From positions 1,376,001-1,440,000 of the forward strand of contig OZ246001.1 of assembly GCA_965230295.1 (NCBI GenBank): a DNA stretch of 64,000 nt. Reading direction: 5' to 3'. Position 1 is the first letter of the stretch; every line of letters begins with the position of its first letter. Shown here in pieces: positions 36,895-45,574 of this stretch. The notes beneath the pieces are model-generated. The model was not told where the DNA came from. It was given only the letters and a program-made list of their open reading frames with translations, and did no database searches. The DNA comes from Marinicella sp. Lineage in GTDB: Bacteria > Pseudomonadota > Gammaproteobacteria > Xanthomonadales > Marinicellaceae. Position numbers and translations under genes: made by a program.

Positions 36895-38043
36895 TCAGTT
36901 CTTAATACATGCTAGCAGCTGTATATATGGAGAATTCGTTCCTTCGACTTTACCAGTGAAGCTGGTCTTCGTACCGATCCTCCCTCTTTTCACGCCGGAA
37001 TCATGCCTCCATTCTGTCCTTAATCCATTTCCATCCGGTCCAGGGCTTACTCCACTCCAGCCATTGGGATGGGCAAATGTTGTATCTTCAAAATTATGTT
37101 GATGTTTGCCGACAACTCTATTTTCTTTATCTGATAATGGCGAACCCACAACGGCTTCTAACTCACCGTTTTCTTGTTGTCCTAGAACATATCTACCATC
37201 TGCTTTATGATATCGACTCCAACCCTGAGGACATTCCTCATGATTAAAAAATGCGACTTGATTTCGGGGTGTTACCTTAGACTCTACAGCAGTTAATCTA
37301 GATTGCAGGTCTCTGAGGGTTTCTAACCTACCAACCAGCTCAATAGGTTCGCCATCAGGACCTGTTACATCCCCTTTGTCGGTATTGATTGCAATTAAAA
37401 ATGTTTGATCAGGGTCAGATGGTTCACATAATAAGGTGACGCTCCCTTTTAATTCTAAGGGTTGTTCTGGTGACGCTAAATGTGCAGCCCTGTCACATTC
37501 AAGTTTGCCAGGCCTAGATGAAATGTCCAGTAATTTGTAATCAACATCAGCATTTGATCTATAGGTCAAATTAATTGAAAATGCACGTTTATCTCGACTT
37601 TGAGTTACATAACCAAAAAAACCCTGTTTTCTAATCACTTCCGTAACGCAGTCATTGAATGACCTGCTGATTCTTGAACTTGCCGACCTTATTTTTTGAA
37701 ACAAATAATATGATGATGAAGCTGTCGTGTAGTCAAGTTGGCAAAACTTATTTCTTGCTTCATTGAAATTGTTTTCACCGACATTTTTACCAAATGCTGC
37801 ACTTAAAGTTTCAGTAATAGGAATACCCAGTGAAGTTTCAGAATTTTTCGCAGAAGCATAAGTGCTGGTTGAAGATGAACATAACACATGTTGAGAAAGT
37901 TTAAACCTCTCGCTATCCGTATAGGTATCAGAAGAGTCAAATGTGCCATATCCAACAATAGATTTACAAATTTCAGTGTCTGCATTTACTGAAATGCTGG
38001 TGCTCATTAGCAAAATGAAAATTCTAAATATCGACATATTCAC
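36895..38043 (-). CDS. Secreted Cys-containing protein with coiled coil and C-terminal phage tail-collar/short-fibre-like domain
   Basis: Signal peptide (VNA-DT); LRDLQSRLTAVESK; VAFF...CPQGW......GRYVLG; KHQH; PYIQLLACIK. Confidence 0.75.
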   Translation of the reverse strand: MNMSIFRIFILLMSTSISVNADTEICKSIVGYGTFDSSDTYTDSERFKLSQHVLCSSSTSTYASAKNSETSLGIPITETLSAAFGKNVGENNFNEARNKFCQLDYTTASSSYYLFQKIRSASSRISRSFNDCVTEVIRKQGFFGYVTQSRDKRAFSINLTYRSNADVDYKLLDISSRPGKLECDRAAHLASPEQPLELKGSVTLLCEPSDPDQTFLIAINTDKGDVTGPDGEPIELVGRLETLRDLQSRLTAVESKVTPRNQVAFFNHEECPQGWSRYHKADGRYVLGQQENGELEAVVGSPLSDKENRVVGKHQHNFEDTTFAHPNGWSGVSPGPDGNGLRTEWRHDSGVKRGRIGTKTSFTGKVEGTNSPYIQLLACIKN

Positions 38044-38211
38044 GCTCCGGTTAAACAGTTTCGTAATATGTGTTTTTCTTATTTAATTTCTCTCACATAA
38101 ATTTATTCAATGGGTCTGAGGAAATTAATTTTGGATTTGAAATTAATGGCCTCAAAGACCTATGAATTTACTAAAATCACAATTATTAATCATTTAAAGC
38201 TGTGAACTTTC

Positions 38212-38553
38212 ATGAAATCTGCGTTCAAAATACTGCTCACAATTTACCTTTGGGCCTGTATTATGTTTTGAAATTTTGGTTTGCTGTACTTGTTAATCAA
38301 TCGCGGCCTTATTCTTGGTATGGTCGGTGCAATATGTATGTTAATAAAATTCATTGCACCCAATCATAGTGTGTTATCTCCTGTATCGGTGTTGTTATTT
38401 GTGTTTTGGGGGATTGAGACTGTTGTTACACTGAATCTACCTGAGTTCAGAAATTTTGAATGGAATGTCTATCGCTTATCTTCGCAATTGATGTATCATG
38501 GCCGCAAGTATTTGTTCATTCAAAATACATCTATCGAAGAAAAATATCCATGA
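38212..38553 (+). pseudogene. Probable degraded membrane-protein gene
   Basis: MKSAFKILLTIYLWACIMF*NFG continues in frame into ORF 38281-38553; TGA at 38269-38271. Confidence 0.4.
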
Positions 38554-38615
38554 AAGCAAACCTGATTGATGAGTTTTGTAATTTTTGATGCGCAGGGCCC
38601 ATCCTACAAACCGAT

Positions 38616-39605
38616 TCACTGATTGATGTCAGGCGGCCTAACTTGCTGAATAACTTCTGTACTTACCCAGTAGATATTGGATAGCCCGGGCTCTGTGTCT
38701 CTTTCACTTCTGCCAAAAAATAAATATTGACCATCCAAAGTGATTCTCGGGCTTTTTTCATCCAATTCAGAATTGATCGAACTGCCCAGATTGATTGGTT
38801 TTGTCCACGATCCATCAGCGCTTTTGAAAAAGACATAAATGTCGTTGTCTTTTCTGCCGTCTCCTTCGCTTCGACCGCTCACCAGTAAATAGTCTTGATC
38901 TGGTGCGATGAAGGCGTGATGGCCAAAATCAATTTCTACTTCCTGCACTTGTGGGAATTCCCCGTTTTTATTGGGTGCATAATAGGTTTTAATCTTTGGT
39001 ATGCCTGAAATATTGGTATAAAAAAGGTCTCCGTTTTTAGCCTGATTGGGAGCAAATACCAGATCTTCATTGACGGGTGATTCTAATCTTTTGGCGTCAC
39101 TCCATGAGTTTTCAGAACGTTCAACATACCAAATTTTCTCATCAGTAAAACTGCTGTCCAATGCGGTGAAATAGATCCTTTTGCCATCAGGACTGACAAA
39201 TGGGTGCATTTCTGTCTTTTTCTTTCCCTGGGTAAAATTGGCTTTTATAGGGGGCGTCCATTCATTGTTTTCGAGCTTTGAGAAATAGATAGCAGTGTCT
39301 TCACCTTCATAATAGGCTGCAAAATACATTTCATCTAAATCAGGAGAAAACGAAACTGACCCTTCAAACCTTCCATTGATTGAAACAGCTTCGGGCGCAA
39401 ACAATTGAGGCGCTAAGCCCGGTGGTGTTTGTCCGAAATAGCGACCCTTTAGAAGCGGAGGTTTATCTTCAGTCAATACAGACATGGCGGGATTTGAATC
39501 CTGCGTCTTAAGGGTTTCTTCTGATGCCATGTCCTCACTTTGTTGGACACAGCCACTCAAACTGACTGACAGTGCCATTAAGCATTTGATTTTTGAGTTG
39601 ATCAT
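38616..39605 (-). CDS. PD40 (TolB-like beta-propeller) lipoprotein
   Basis: Lipobox LSGC after ATG 39605; GRYFGQTPPG, FSPD, PFVSPDGK, FIAPD, NLG.SINS. Confidence 0.85.
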   Translation of the reverse strand: MINSKIKCLMALSVSLSGCVQQSEDMASEETLKTQDSNPAMSVLTEDKPPLLKGRYFGQTPPGLAPQLFAPEAVSINGRFEGSVSFSPDLDEMYFAAYYEGEDTAIYFSKLENNEWTPPIKANFTQGKKKTEMHPFVSPDGKRIYFTALDSSFTDEKIWYVERSENSWSDAKRLESPVNEDLVFAPNQAKNGDLFYTNISGIPKIKTYYAPNKNGEFPQVQEVEIDFGHHAFIAPDQDYLLVSGRSEGDGRKDNDIYVFFKSADGSWTKPINLGSSINSELDEKSPRITLDGQYLFFGRSERDTEPGLSNIYWVSTEVIQQVRPPDINQ

Positions 39606-39963
39606 AAGATTCCAGATTAGAGTACCAATTAATAACCACCAGCTTAAGCCAGACAGAATCAAAACACATGACGTTCAGCTGAATTCTACCTGATATTGAA
39701 ATTCTGCCTGTTAATCAATCAGTACAGACGTTCATAATCAATGTGATGAGAATCGCTTGATTTAAGAACAACTCAAACCTGTAGGGCCTCGCAAGCTAAG
39801 CCCAAACTACGTCCAAGAAATATTGAAACATAAAATAAAAGGGTTTGAGCCTAATATTTTTCTAAACATTATCATAAAGGACCGGCAGTACTTGATCCAG
39901 CTTACGCCTGTACAACCAACTCAAAAAGCCAGCCTTGTTTGGGTGCTGTCCTTGTAATTGACA

Positions 39964-40797
39964 TCAAATCCGCGGTAGCCACATGCCCATGGTGGCACCA
40001 AACACGCCGAGCATGATGATCAAGCTGATTAAAGTAACCATGCCTGCAGTGGCCATTTTTTTGGGGCCGGATGGGCTCGTTTGGGCACGTAGATAGACTT
40101 CCAGTATAAGTAAAGGCAAGATGTAGACCATGAAGTAAAGGGCTGTTAAAAACGGTCCTGAAAAACTGACTGGATCGAAGCCGACTGGCTTGCCATGAAA
40201 GGTCAGCCAGGCCATCATGCCTACACGGAACATCCACACCCCACTGACTGCCAGAAACAACCTCAAGGCCCAAATGCGGTGCTGGGCAATCATTCTCTGT
40301 CGGGCATACCTAAAGGCCATGACAGCACAGACCACAATGATGGTGCCGTTGATCATGATGGCAATATGCCCTACCAGGCCGCCAACGATTTTTTCATAGC
40401 GCGTAATGATCATAAACATGCCACTTAAACTCATGATCAGGGCTGTTGTGATATATAAGCGGCCATTCCAGCGGTGGATAGCAGGCCATTTGCTTCTGAT
40501 GATGGGTATCAGTTGCATCAAGCCACCCACTGTGATGATGGCAGCAAACAAAACATGAAGAACAACAGCAACGTTTCCGAAAGTATCCCCTTCAATGTGG
40601 CCACCAGGCATGATGGTGTTGAACCGTTCAAGGTCCTGGTTGAACGTTGCCAGGTAGTAAAGCATAACAATGTAATAAGAAAAAATGGCTTGGCCTACCA
40701 GAACGGTGGCAAACCAAAATTTTGCTGATCCATTCAGAACCTTCTTGGCCAATAAATCAGACTGCCACCAGGGCGTTGATATCGATGGTGTGGTCAT
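39964..40797 (-). CDS. DUF2306 family membrane protein
   Basis: QLIP.IR.KWP.IHRWNGRLY and HR.WALRLF motifs; GAGGA RBS before ATG 40797. Confidence 0.85.
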   Translation of the reverse strand: MTTPSISTPWWQSDLLAKKVLNGSAKFWFATVLVGQAIFSYYIVMLYYLATFNQDLERFNTIMPGGHIEGDTFGNVAVVLHVLFAAIITVGGLMQLIPIIRSKWPAIHRWNGRLYITTALIMSLSGMFMIITRYEKIVGGLVGHIAIMINGTIIVVCAVMAFRYARQRMIAQHRIWALRLFLAVSGVWMFRVGMMAWLTFHGKPVGFDPVSFSGPFLTALYFMVYILPLLILEVYLRAQTSPSGPKKMATAGMVTLISLIIMLGVFGATMGMWLPRI

Positions 40798-41016
40798 ATT
40801 AATATCCTCAATAATTAACTTCAGTCTTCCGCGGCAACCAAACACCTCTAATAAACCCATGACTATAGATACTGGCGTCTCAAGCTGGGTGTGATATCAT
40901 TCAATTCAGTGGTCAATGATTACCGGACACTTCAGCCCATTATCTGAATTTAGACGGCTTAATCATGCCGATTTGGAAATCAATCAGTATTAGTTACAGA
41001 AAATCAAAGCCATCGA

Positions 41017-42060
41017 ATGAACCCTCTGCACAGACAATTCGTTACGGACCAAGAGTCTACCGCTCACTGGCCGCAGTCATTGGTGAAATTATTGGATCGC
41101 ATCAAACAATCAGAGCCTTTGAAACTGATTTGGTGGTGCTTGGCGCTGTGTATATTGAGTGCCACCCTGATCCGCTATGCGACAATGACTTCCGGGTTCA
41201 TCTATGACCTGATGGTGGTCTTGGGCTCGGGAGGCTGTGCCTGGTTTTGGTTATTGAGTCGCAGCCTGTTCCGCGACAAACAGGCCTTGCAATCAAAAGC
41301 AGTCCTGCTGGTTCCAGCCATCATTGTTATTGAAGCTGTTGAAGCCTTGATGCCTTCAGCAGGCAACAATGAATTCTATCGGGTGTTCAGCAATGTGGCC
41401 TCAACAGTCTGTATCGCTGCCATTGTTTTTGTGTGGAATGAAGCGCTGAGCGGGTTCAGCAAAATACGTTCGAAACAAGAACGCCGGTTCAGAATCACCT
41501 ATCTGAGCATGTTCAGTATTCCGGTTGCTGTTGCCATTCTCTGGGTGATGGGTGCTGAAGCTGAGACATTTGCGGCTGAATGGAACAATACACTAATGAC
41601 TGGTTGTGCATTGATTGGCCTGATTGGCAGCCGCTTGGCTGTTGAATACCGATTGAAAAGTGAGCGTATCCTGGCAACCCATGCCTCCAATGAACTGAAC
41701 CAAGATCAGGCGGCCAAACAACTCGCTGATCAAGTGCTGCAAGCAATCAACGATGATGCTTTACTCACCATGCCCACTTTGAAAGTTTCTGACTTGGCCG
41801 ATCACATCGGCGCACAGGAATACAAAGTCACACGGTGCATCACCAGCCACCTGCAGTATCGCAACTTCAATCACATGGTGAACAACCACCGCATTGAACG
41901 TGCCATAGGGGTATTTAAAAACCCAAACTACAACCACCTCCATGTGGCCACCATCGCTTTTGACTGTGGTTTCAATTCACTGGGCCCTTTCAATCGGGCA
42001 TTCAAACAACACACTGGTATGACACCTCGTGAATATCGGCAGCAGTTGGTTTTGGAATAA
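41017..42060 (+). CDS. AraC family regulator with N-terminal membrane domain
   Basis: TM helices then NFNHMVNNHRI, IAFDCGFNSLGPFNRAFK..TGMTPREYR. Confidence 0.92.
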   Translation: MNPLHRQFVTDQESTAHWPQSLVKLLDRIKQSEPLKLIWWCLALCILSATLIRYATMTSGFIYDLMVVLGSGGCAWFWLLSRSLFRDKQALQSKAVLLVPAIIVIEAVEALMPSAGNNEFYRVFSNVASTVCIAAIVFVWNEALSGFSKIRSKQERRFRITYLSMFSIPVAVAILWVMGAEAETFAAEWNNTLMTGCALIGLIGSRLAVEYRLKSERILATHASNELNQDQAAKQLADQVLQAINDDALLTMPTLKVSDLADHIGAQEYKVTRCITSHLQYRNFNHMVNNHRIERAIGVFKNPNYNHLHVATIAFDCGFNSLGPFNRAFKQHTGMTPREYRQQLVLE

Positions 42061-42105
42061 GATCCAGCAAGACATAACCAACCAACCCAAACTACCGTTG
42101 ATGTT

Positions 42106-43545
42106 TTATTGGTTATCAGTGATCTCTTTTGAGTAACTGTGCTTGTTGATGTTGGAATATTGAGCCAACAGCCCTGGTTGAGCATTGGCATTGGTGAATT
42201 TATTGATGCTGAAGCCAGTCACGGGAAAACCAAAATATGCATGTTCATCATCAATGTCTTTTAATGCATTTGAATCAAAATCCCTGGTTCTGGAAAAATC
42301 AATCACACTGTGTCCTTTTTCATAGGGTTTGACCCGAATACCATATTGATTGTTATAAGCGCCTAAAATTTGTGAACCATCCTCCTTTTCATTGCCAGGC
42401 TGGCAATTATAGAAAAACATGACATTAGATGCCCAGCATAAAGACGTTGTATCTGGCCGTGGAGGGGCTGTGCAAACCTGACCACCGGTGTTGATAATCT
42501 CACCACCATAACCGCCACCATAGGAGGTTGCAACATCCCACTCCCAGGTTCGACCAAATGTCAAACATGAACCTGTCTCATTTTCATATACTGACTGAAA
42601 TGGAGCTCTGGGTTCTTCTCGATTGACATAAAAGCCCTTGGTTGGAAATGAAACCACCCATTCTGTTTTAGCCGCTATGAATGAACCCAACAGAAAATCA
42701 TTTGAAATTGAGGTGCTCATATACAAGGCAGAAATCGCGTCTTCTCCAGTGCTCCAGTTGGACTCGTAAATTTGCCCGTCATTGAAAACCACACTTTTTG
42801 GCATGGCTGAACTGAGGTCTGGCAAAAAACTACCGGGTTCAGTATGAATCACTTCATCTGGATGGTAAAAATTTTCAATGGCATCTGCTTTATAAGTAAC
42901 CGATGCGCCTTCACTGACATTGACAACTGTGGCACTGCCTGACAACCCTCCTGTTGCAGGCATCAAATCAGTCAAGTCCCAATTCCCATTGTCTGTCCAA
43001 CCCCTCTCGATACCGCTACAGTTGGCAGGCACACCTACATGATCATGTTCTACCCAAGCGGCCACATCCTCAGGTAGAACACCCATTTCAAAGACTTGTA
43101 CCATGCCTTGTGTGACTCGTTCCATTTTTTCATTTCCCGTTGATGGAAATGTCAGAAATGCATAAGGAAGAAATTCTTGCCCACTTTTATTCAGAAATGG
43201 GGAGCATGAGGTGTCTGATGATACCTGTAGAACAGATGGCTGCCCTATGAATCCAGAAATCGTAGAAGTGGTTGCTACCAGTCCCAAATCCCAGGAATCA
43301 TACGCATCAAGATAAACGTTATAGGACAAAGTTAATGCCATATTGTCGCCTTCCAGAAAATTCACTTTGATGGCTTTGGCTTCATTGCGATTATTGGTGA
43401 TTTTGACCAAAGTATTCAATCCATTGTTGACTGTGTAGTATGGAAAAACCAAAACTTCACCTTCACCTGAGTAAGACATATTCGCAGCCATGCATTGATG
43501 AGAAAAAATCAATAACATGAATATTTGGATGTGTTTATTTTTCAT
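42106..43545 (-). CDS. Secreted cell-surface protein of unknown function (GxVLxFPYYTV family)
   Basis: Signal peptide; GEVLVFPYYTVNNG, AKAIKV.FLEG.N, TEWVVSFPTK, GFPVTGF. Confidence 0.75.
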   Translation of the reverse strand: MKNKHIQIFMLLIFSHQCMAANMSYSGEGEVLVFPYYTVNNGLNTLVKITNNRNEAKAIKVNFLEGDNMALTLSYNVYLDAYDSWDLGLVATTSTISGFIGQPSVLQVSSDTSCSPFLNKSGQEFLPYAFLTFPSTGNEKMERVTQGMVQVFEMGVLPEDVAAWVEHDHVGVPANCSGIERGWTDNGNWDLTDLMPATGGLSGSATVVNVSEGASVTYKADAIENFYHPDEVIHTEPGSFLPDLSSAMPKSVVFNDGQIYESNWSTGEDAISALYMSTSISNDFLLGSFIAAKTEWVVSFPTKGFYVNREEPRAPFQSVYENETGSCLTFGRTWEWDVATSYGGGYGGEIINTGGQVCTAPPRPDTTSLCWASNVMFFYNCQPGNEKEDGSQILGAYNNQYGIRVKPYEKGHSVIDFSRTRDFDSNALKDIDDEHAYFGFPVTGFSINKFTNANAQPGLLAQYSNINKHSYSKEITDNQ

Positions 43546-43876
43546 AATGAATTCCTTGTTAATCAATCAATTGTTTACCTTGTTTAGAGACATTCTATGG
43601 TTTCTAAAAAGTAAATGTCCTTGCTTGAAACAAATCAAAACATTGTTGATACAAAATGAAACAGCTTATCTTTGGTCAATAATTATCGGGATTAATCCAT
43701 CATAAACAGTTAAAACTGACAATGATCATTGTGGAATAGGAAGCTGGGTCGGGTTGATCAAAAAGCGGGGCGATGACTGTTACACATTTGATGTGTATAA
43801 AATCAACAATTGACTTTATATATGGATCAAATCATTCGATAATGAGGGTTATATTGATTGATGTCATAACTCGAAT

Positions 43877-45457
43877 ATGCCAAAAGCGTTGATAAAACTT
43901 CTGATGTTGATGATGGTTCTCAGTGAAACATCTGTGAGTCAAACAGTTGGTCTGCAAACACACAAAGAAAATTCAGAAAATGCTTACACAATGATTTCAA
44001 GAAACGGGATCACCTACTTATTGGATACAGCAGGTTTGATCCTTCACACATGGGATCATGGTTCCAATACAAAGCATCCTGGGTATTTGCAGGACAATGG
44101 CGATTGGATCTTGGTCAGAAGAGGCATTAAAAGATACAACTGGGATGGTGACTTGGTTTGGGAATACAACAACACCGAGGCTCATCATGATGTGGCTGTG
44201 ATGCCCAATGGCAATGTGTTGCTGCTGATATGGGGATTTAAAACACAAGCAGAAGCCATAGCGGCTGGCCGGGATCCTGCCATGCTTGATGGTGATTTAA
44301 AACCCATGATGTTACATGAAGTCAATCCACAGGGTGATGTCGTCTGGGAGTGGCATGTTTGGGACCATTTGATACAGGATTTTAACCCCTTGCAAGATAA
44401 TTATGGTGTAGTGGCAGACCACCCTGAACTGGTGGACATTAATTACATGAGAAATTCAGGTGATGATTGGTTGCATGGCAATGCCATCGACTACAACCCT
44501 GAGCTTGATCAAATCATGCTGCTTCCCAGATTTATCAATGAAATTTGGATCATTGATCACAGCACCACCATCGCACAAGCGGCTGGACACTCCGGAGGGA
44601 ATGCGGGGAAAGGCGGTGATTTGCTGTATCGTTGGGGCAATCCTGCAGCCTACAGACAAAATGGGACACAGCAGAATTATGGTGGCCACGATGCCCAATG
44701 GATCAAACCAGGGCTACCAGGTGCAGGTCATATTTTGTTCTTTAATAACGGTGGCAATGATTATGGGCAAAATGGCAATTACTCCACTGTTGATGAATTT
44801 ATACCACCATTAAATGGATTCAATTATGATTTATTGCCCAGTAACACCTATGGTCCTTTGACACTGGAATGGCGTTATCAACAAACCCCTCCCGAGAATT
44901 TCTTTTCAAGTTTCATATCTGGAGCACAAAGATTACCCAATGGCAACACGTTCATAGATGAAGGAGACAAGGGACTGTTGTTTGAAGTAACCAGTGATGG
45001 CGAAATCGTTTGGCAATATCAAAACCCAATCAGCAATTCCGGTATTGTAAACCAAGGCGATAACGTACCATCAGCCCCAGCAACATCCTTATTCAGGGCC
45101 ACTAAATACCCGATTGACCACCCTGCCTTTCAGGGTCGAAACTTAACTCCATTGGGTCCAATAGAAAATTACAATGAATTTTTTGAACTCAGTATAGAGT
45201 CTTCCCACCCGGGATTGGTTATGTACCCATTGGACAATAACATGCAGCTTGGACCGGGACAGAAAATGCCATTGATTGCCGCAAAAGACAGTCAATACAT
45301 GTTTGTTGAATGGACCATTGAGTCCGGGACAATTGTCATTGATGATCTGATGAGTCGCCATACACATGTGGTTATGAATTCGGAAAATGTGACCATAAAA
45401 GCCCATTTCACCAACAATCCAGATTGGATTTTTGGCAATGGATTTGAGTCATTGTAA
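43877..45457 (+). CDS. Aryl-sulfate sulfotransferase (ASST-like) with C-terminal IFGNGFE motif
   Basis: HHD, DWLHGNAIDY, LLYRWGNP, GHDA, SGAQRLPNGNT; ends PDWIFGNGFESL. Confidence 0.88.
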   Translation: MPKALIKLLMLMMVLSETSVSQTVGLQTHKENSENAYTMISRNGITYLLDTAGLILHTWDHGSNTKHPGYLQDNGDWILVRRGIKRYNWDGDLVWEYNNTEAHHDVAVMPNGNVLLLIWGFKTQAEAIAAGRDPAMLDGDLKPMMLHEVNPQGDVVWEWHVWDHLIQDFNPLQDNYGVVADHPELVDINYMRNSGDDWLHGNAIDYNPELDQIMLLPRFINEIWIIDHSTTIAQAAGHSGGNAGKGGDLLYRWGNPAAYRQNGTQQNYGGHDAQWIKPGLPGAGHILFFNNGGNDYGQNGNYSTVDEFIPPLNGFNYDLLPSNTYGPLTLEWRYQQTPPENFFSSFISGAQRLPNGNTFIDEGDKGLLFEVTSDGEIVWQYQNPISNSGIVNQGDNVPSAPATSLFRATKYPIDHPAFQGRNLTPLGPIENYNEFFELSIESSHPGLVMYPLDNNMQLGPGQKMPLIAAKDSQYMFVEWTIESGTIVIDDLMSRHTHVVMNSENVTIKAHFTNNPDWIFGNGFESL

Positions 45458-45574
45458 AAGCAACGATCATATACATGAGAATGGGATGAAATCAGTGATA
45501 AGCTGATATTTTGATGAATTGTATTGATTTGATTTGGTGCAAAATTTAGAATCGTATATTTGGTGAGTGTGAAA

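Noticed and set aside
39781-39811. Degenerate GTAG REP (GTAGGGCCTCGCAAGCTAAGCCCAAACTAC)
   Set aside because: Too divergent to assign confidently.
25464-39858. CRISPR array or classical attC integron
   Set aside because: Spacing is kilobases and irregular, with no cas or intI gene and no RYYYAAC/GTTRRRY core sites.
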